Assembly: GCA_013166835.1 (NCBI GenBank) | Contig: JABLTI010000056.1 | Location: forward strand, 1-17,892 | From: Promethearchaeati archaeon | GTDB lineage: Archaea; Asgardarchaeota; Heimdallarchaeia; JABLTI01 | DNA length: 17,892 nucleotides | Direction: 5' to 3' | Part shown: one piece after another, positions 15,800 to 17,892 of the stretch | Position numbering within the stretch: the stretch's first letter is position 1 | Layout: each line of letters opens with the position of its first letter | Position numbers and translations under genes: made by a program | The notes under the pieces: generated by a model | Told to the model about the DNA's origin: nothing | Seen by the model: only the letters and a program-made list of their open reading frames with translations | Databases searched by the model: none

Positions 15800-15914
15800 G
15801 AGGTTATGGTTATTAATTCTTTATTGACCATAACCTCCCCCATAAACCTCTCTCCCCTATTTAAACTCCCTTTTCCCGCGACGGGGGCGTTGTCCTCCGT
15901 CCGGTTTTAATTTT
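15800..15914 (+). ncRNA. Candidate ~110-nt small structured RNA between convergent genes
   Basis: 13-bp 5' stem GAGGUUAUGGUUA/UGACCAUAACCUC, a C/U-rich linker, a 3' stem GACGGGGG-cguugu-CCUCCGUC, then UUUUAAUUUU. G-U pairs in both stems favour the + strand. Confidence 0.5.
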
Positions 15915-15958
15915 GTTAAAATGATTTTATTTTATAGTTTTATGTTTGAAGATTTCCT

Positions 15959-17812
15959 TTATTTCACAACTTTCCCATCTTTTATTTCTAGTCCCAAATG
16001 CATGATTATGATTTCTTCAACAACTTCCTTTGAATACATCGTTACTACTACTAACCAGTCAATAGACACACTATGTGCTTTTCTTAAGAGATGTTTTACA
16101 CTATCAACCATTTGTCCTGTTATATCAGGATTCAAGTCGAAACTGTATCCTGTCATCGTACTTCTTGCTGGTTGTTCTAGTGCTTCTCTTTTATGACTTT
16201 CTTTTATCTCTTCAATTTCCTTTAGTTCTTCTATTCCAAGGACAGGTTCTGATGATTCGGAATCTTCTAATACCGCTAGTCTTTGTTTTCTTTGTAATTC
16301 TTGCTCTTTAAGATACTGTTTGAGTATAGATTGAATATGTTCAGTTGAATCTGTACCCTCTGGTGTTTCCCAGCAATTAATTAGTACTTTTTCTCTTTCT
16401 TCTACGAACGTGGTATATATGAAATAGTCTTCATAGCAGCCCGGTTTTTTAATGTCTATTCGTTCTTCTCTTATAAACTCAAAATGCTTAATGTTAGAAA
16501 TATTGACAGAGGCAGCAGTATGTCTATCTCTCCATGAAAGACTATGGGGGGATATTTCTAAGAAACTAGCTTTTATCGATAGTCTATGTGATATAAGAAT
16601 CAACAACCCATAAATCAATCCAATCCCTGCACCAATCAATACGTTGTGTTGGATAAGCATATTATGGTATGCTTCAGATAAGCCCACATTTGATCCAATT
16701 ATTAGGAAAATCGAGAAACTTGCTCCTAAAGCAGTAAGAGCTCCTCTTTTCACAGTGCCACCAAATCTTATGCTTGCTCTTTTCCCTACAAAAGATAATC
16801 CGATTGTGAGAAGAATGAATGGTATTGCTATGAGAAAAATCAATAATACTGGTCCTAAAGTGAAACCCGCACCACAGCCTGCGCCACAGCCTGCGCCACC
16901 AGCACCACCTGCTCCTGCACCACAACCAAGGCACCCCTCGCATCCAGAGCAGTCGCTACTACCGCAACCGGAACAAGGGTCAGATCCACAACCTGAACAA
17001 TCTGTTCCTGATTTCTTTTTCCTATCCTCACGAATATCGCCCAAAAAGGAACTACCAGATTTTTCATCACAGGAAGATATTCGCTCACCACATTTCGTAT
17101 ATTCAATTCTTCCCAAGTTAGCTTCTAGGCCAAATCTTACGAAAAATGCTACAAATAATCCAACCAGCAATCCGATACCAATACCTATAGCAACTAAGAT
17201 ATCTGGACCAAAGATTGCTAGTAATCCCGCTCCGCCAACAATAATTCCTGAAATTGCTCCTCCAAGAAAAACATTAAGAGTTCCAAAACTCGCTAAAACC
17301 CCAATTAATGTCCCAATATTTAATCCTAACACTGTCCAGATTAGAATGCTGAAAACGGGGATGCTAAGTGTGGTATAATTAGTATATTTTAAAACCTCTA
17401 AAATCAAACCAAATAGTGATCCAACAATGGCTCCGAAAAAGATGCCAATAACTGCCCCAACAAACACATTGGTACCTATTCCTGCACCATAACTTGCACT
17501 AAAGTCATCAACCATTTTTGATTTTAAAGCTATAATAAGGATTAATCCAAGTGTTAATCCTAAAAGCGCTCCAATTCCTGATCCTATTCCCATTATTGCA
17601 TATTCATTCGTTATGTTTGTATATAAATAAATTAAATCAATAATTGCTCCAGCACCCGCACCAAAAAATATGCCCAGAAATATTAGTAATAATCCATTTC
17701 GAAGTGATTTCTTATTGTCAAATATTAATTTGAATTTGTATTCCGGGGAATCATCTAATCTACTTTGGTATTGCTTCCTAATTGGAATGCTCTCTGCTTT
17801 TTCTCCACTCAT
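15959..17812 (-). CDS. Glycine-zipper polytopic membrane protein with Cys-rich loop and C-terminal soluble domains
   Basis: About nine GxxxG-rich hydrophobic helices, a Cys/Gly-rich loop, a beta-rich PH-like segment (FLEISPHSLSWRD...VNISNIKHFEF), a charged coiled region and a winged-helix-like tail. Likely start is ATG at 17812 with GGAGG upstream; the ORF extends to 17833. Confidence 0.85.
   Translation of the reverse strand: MSGEKAESIPIRKQYQSRLDDSPEYKFKLIFDNKKSLRNGLLLIFLGIFFGAGAGAIIDLIYLYTNITNEYAIMGIGSGIGALLGLTLGLILIIALKSKMVDDFSASYGAGIGTNVFVGAVIGIFFGAIVGSLFGLILEVLKYTNYTTLSIPVFSILIWTVLGLNIGTLIGVLASFGTLNVFLGGAISGIIVGGAGLLAIFGPDILVAIGIGIGLLVGLFVAFFVRFGLEANLGRIEYTKCGERISSCDEKSGSSFLGDIREDRKKKSGTDCSGCGSDPCSGCGSSDCSGCEGCLGCGAGAGGAGGAGCGAGCGAGFTLGPVLLIFLIAIPFILLTIGLSFVGKRASIRFGGTVKRGALTALGASFSIFLIIGSNVGLSEAYHNMLIQHNVLIGAGIGLIYGLLILISHRLSIKASFLEISPHSLSWRDRHTAASVNISNIKHFEFIREERIDIKKPGCYEDYFIYTTFVEEREKVLINCWETPEGTDSTEHIQSILKQYLKEQELQRKQRLAVLEDSESSEPVLGIEELKEIEEIKESHKREALEQPARSTMTGYSFDLNPDITGQMVDSVKHLLRKAHSVSIDWLVVVTMYSKEVVEEIIIMHLGLEIKDGKVVK
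16872..16895. repeat. Perfect 12-bp tandem duplication encoding the AGCG repeat
   Basis: ccacagcctgcg occurs twice (16872-16883 and 16884-16895) within the GC-rich Cys/Gly loop of the minus-strand gene. Confidence 0.8.
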
Positions 17813-17892
17813 TATTGGGTTTCCCTCCACCAATATTTGTAATTTATGAATGATTTTTAGAATTGATTAATAATACAAATAATTTCTATTTT

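Noticed and set aside
11104-17106. Remaining short overlapping ORFs (e.g. 11104-11352, 12538-12831, 13094-13321, 13479-13748, 14344-14631, 15921-16196, 16674-16943, 16855-17106)
   Set aside because: These are shadow ORFs produced by skewed composition; the Phe/Ile-rich antisense products mirror the A-rich sense genes.
16644-17378. 244-aa Pro/Gln-rich ORF on the + strand (PAPQPAPQPAPP)
   Set aside because: It is the antisense shadow of the Gly/Cys-rich minus-strand gene (GGN codons read as Pro), with no independent start signals.
1-17892. CRISPR array, transposase/integrase, rRNA or tRNA genes
   Set aside because: No regularly spaced repeats, terminal inverted repeats, recombinase motifs or conserved rRNA/tRNA sequence were seen.

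Overview
AT-rich, gene-dense archaeal window, most likely from an Asgard archaeon such as a Heimdallarchaeia-like lineage. That assignment is inferred from a Vps22/36 (ESCRT-II EAP30)-like gene, a ZnF+RING membrane protein, archaeal TATA-like promoters and many C-terminally anchored surface proteins. About 15 protein genes are present, left to right: a 5'-truncated, frameshift-split vWA surface protein with a C-terminal anchor; a translationally coupled 1006-aa single-pass receptor-like protein (FG-GAP-like Ca-binding ectodomain, TM, helical region, zinc finger + RING-like tail); a CYTH/CyaB protein; a small 2-TM protein; a stand-alone Vps22/36-like protein; a GH31 alpha-glucosidase; a membrane-anchored SxxK serine hydrolase; a GNAT; a tail-anchored double zinc-ribbon protein; a THEP1-type NTPase; a cupin; a polytopic membrane protein; a PrsW-family protease; a small membrane protein; and a Gly-zipper membrane protein with a Cys-rich loop. 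The best leads are (1) the vWA + FG-GAP/RING gene pair, which resembles an integrin beta/alpha-like receptor with a ubiquitin-ligase output, (2) two unannotated intergenic elements (5213-5307 minus, 15800-15914 plus) that share a TATA / 5' hairpin / CU-rich linker / GC-rich hairpin / U-tract layout and are candidate small RNAs, and (3) the orphan ESCRT-II homolog. All family assignments come from motif recognition by eye; no searches were run.
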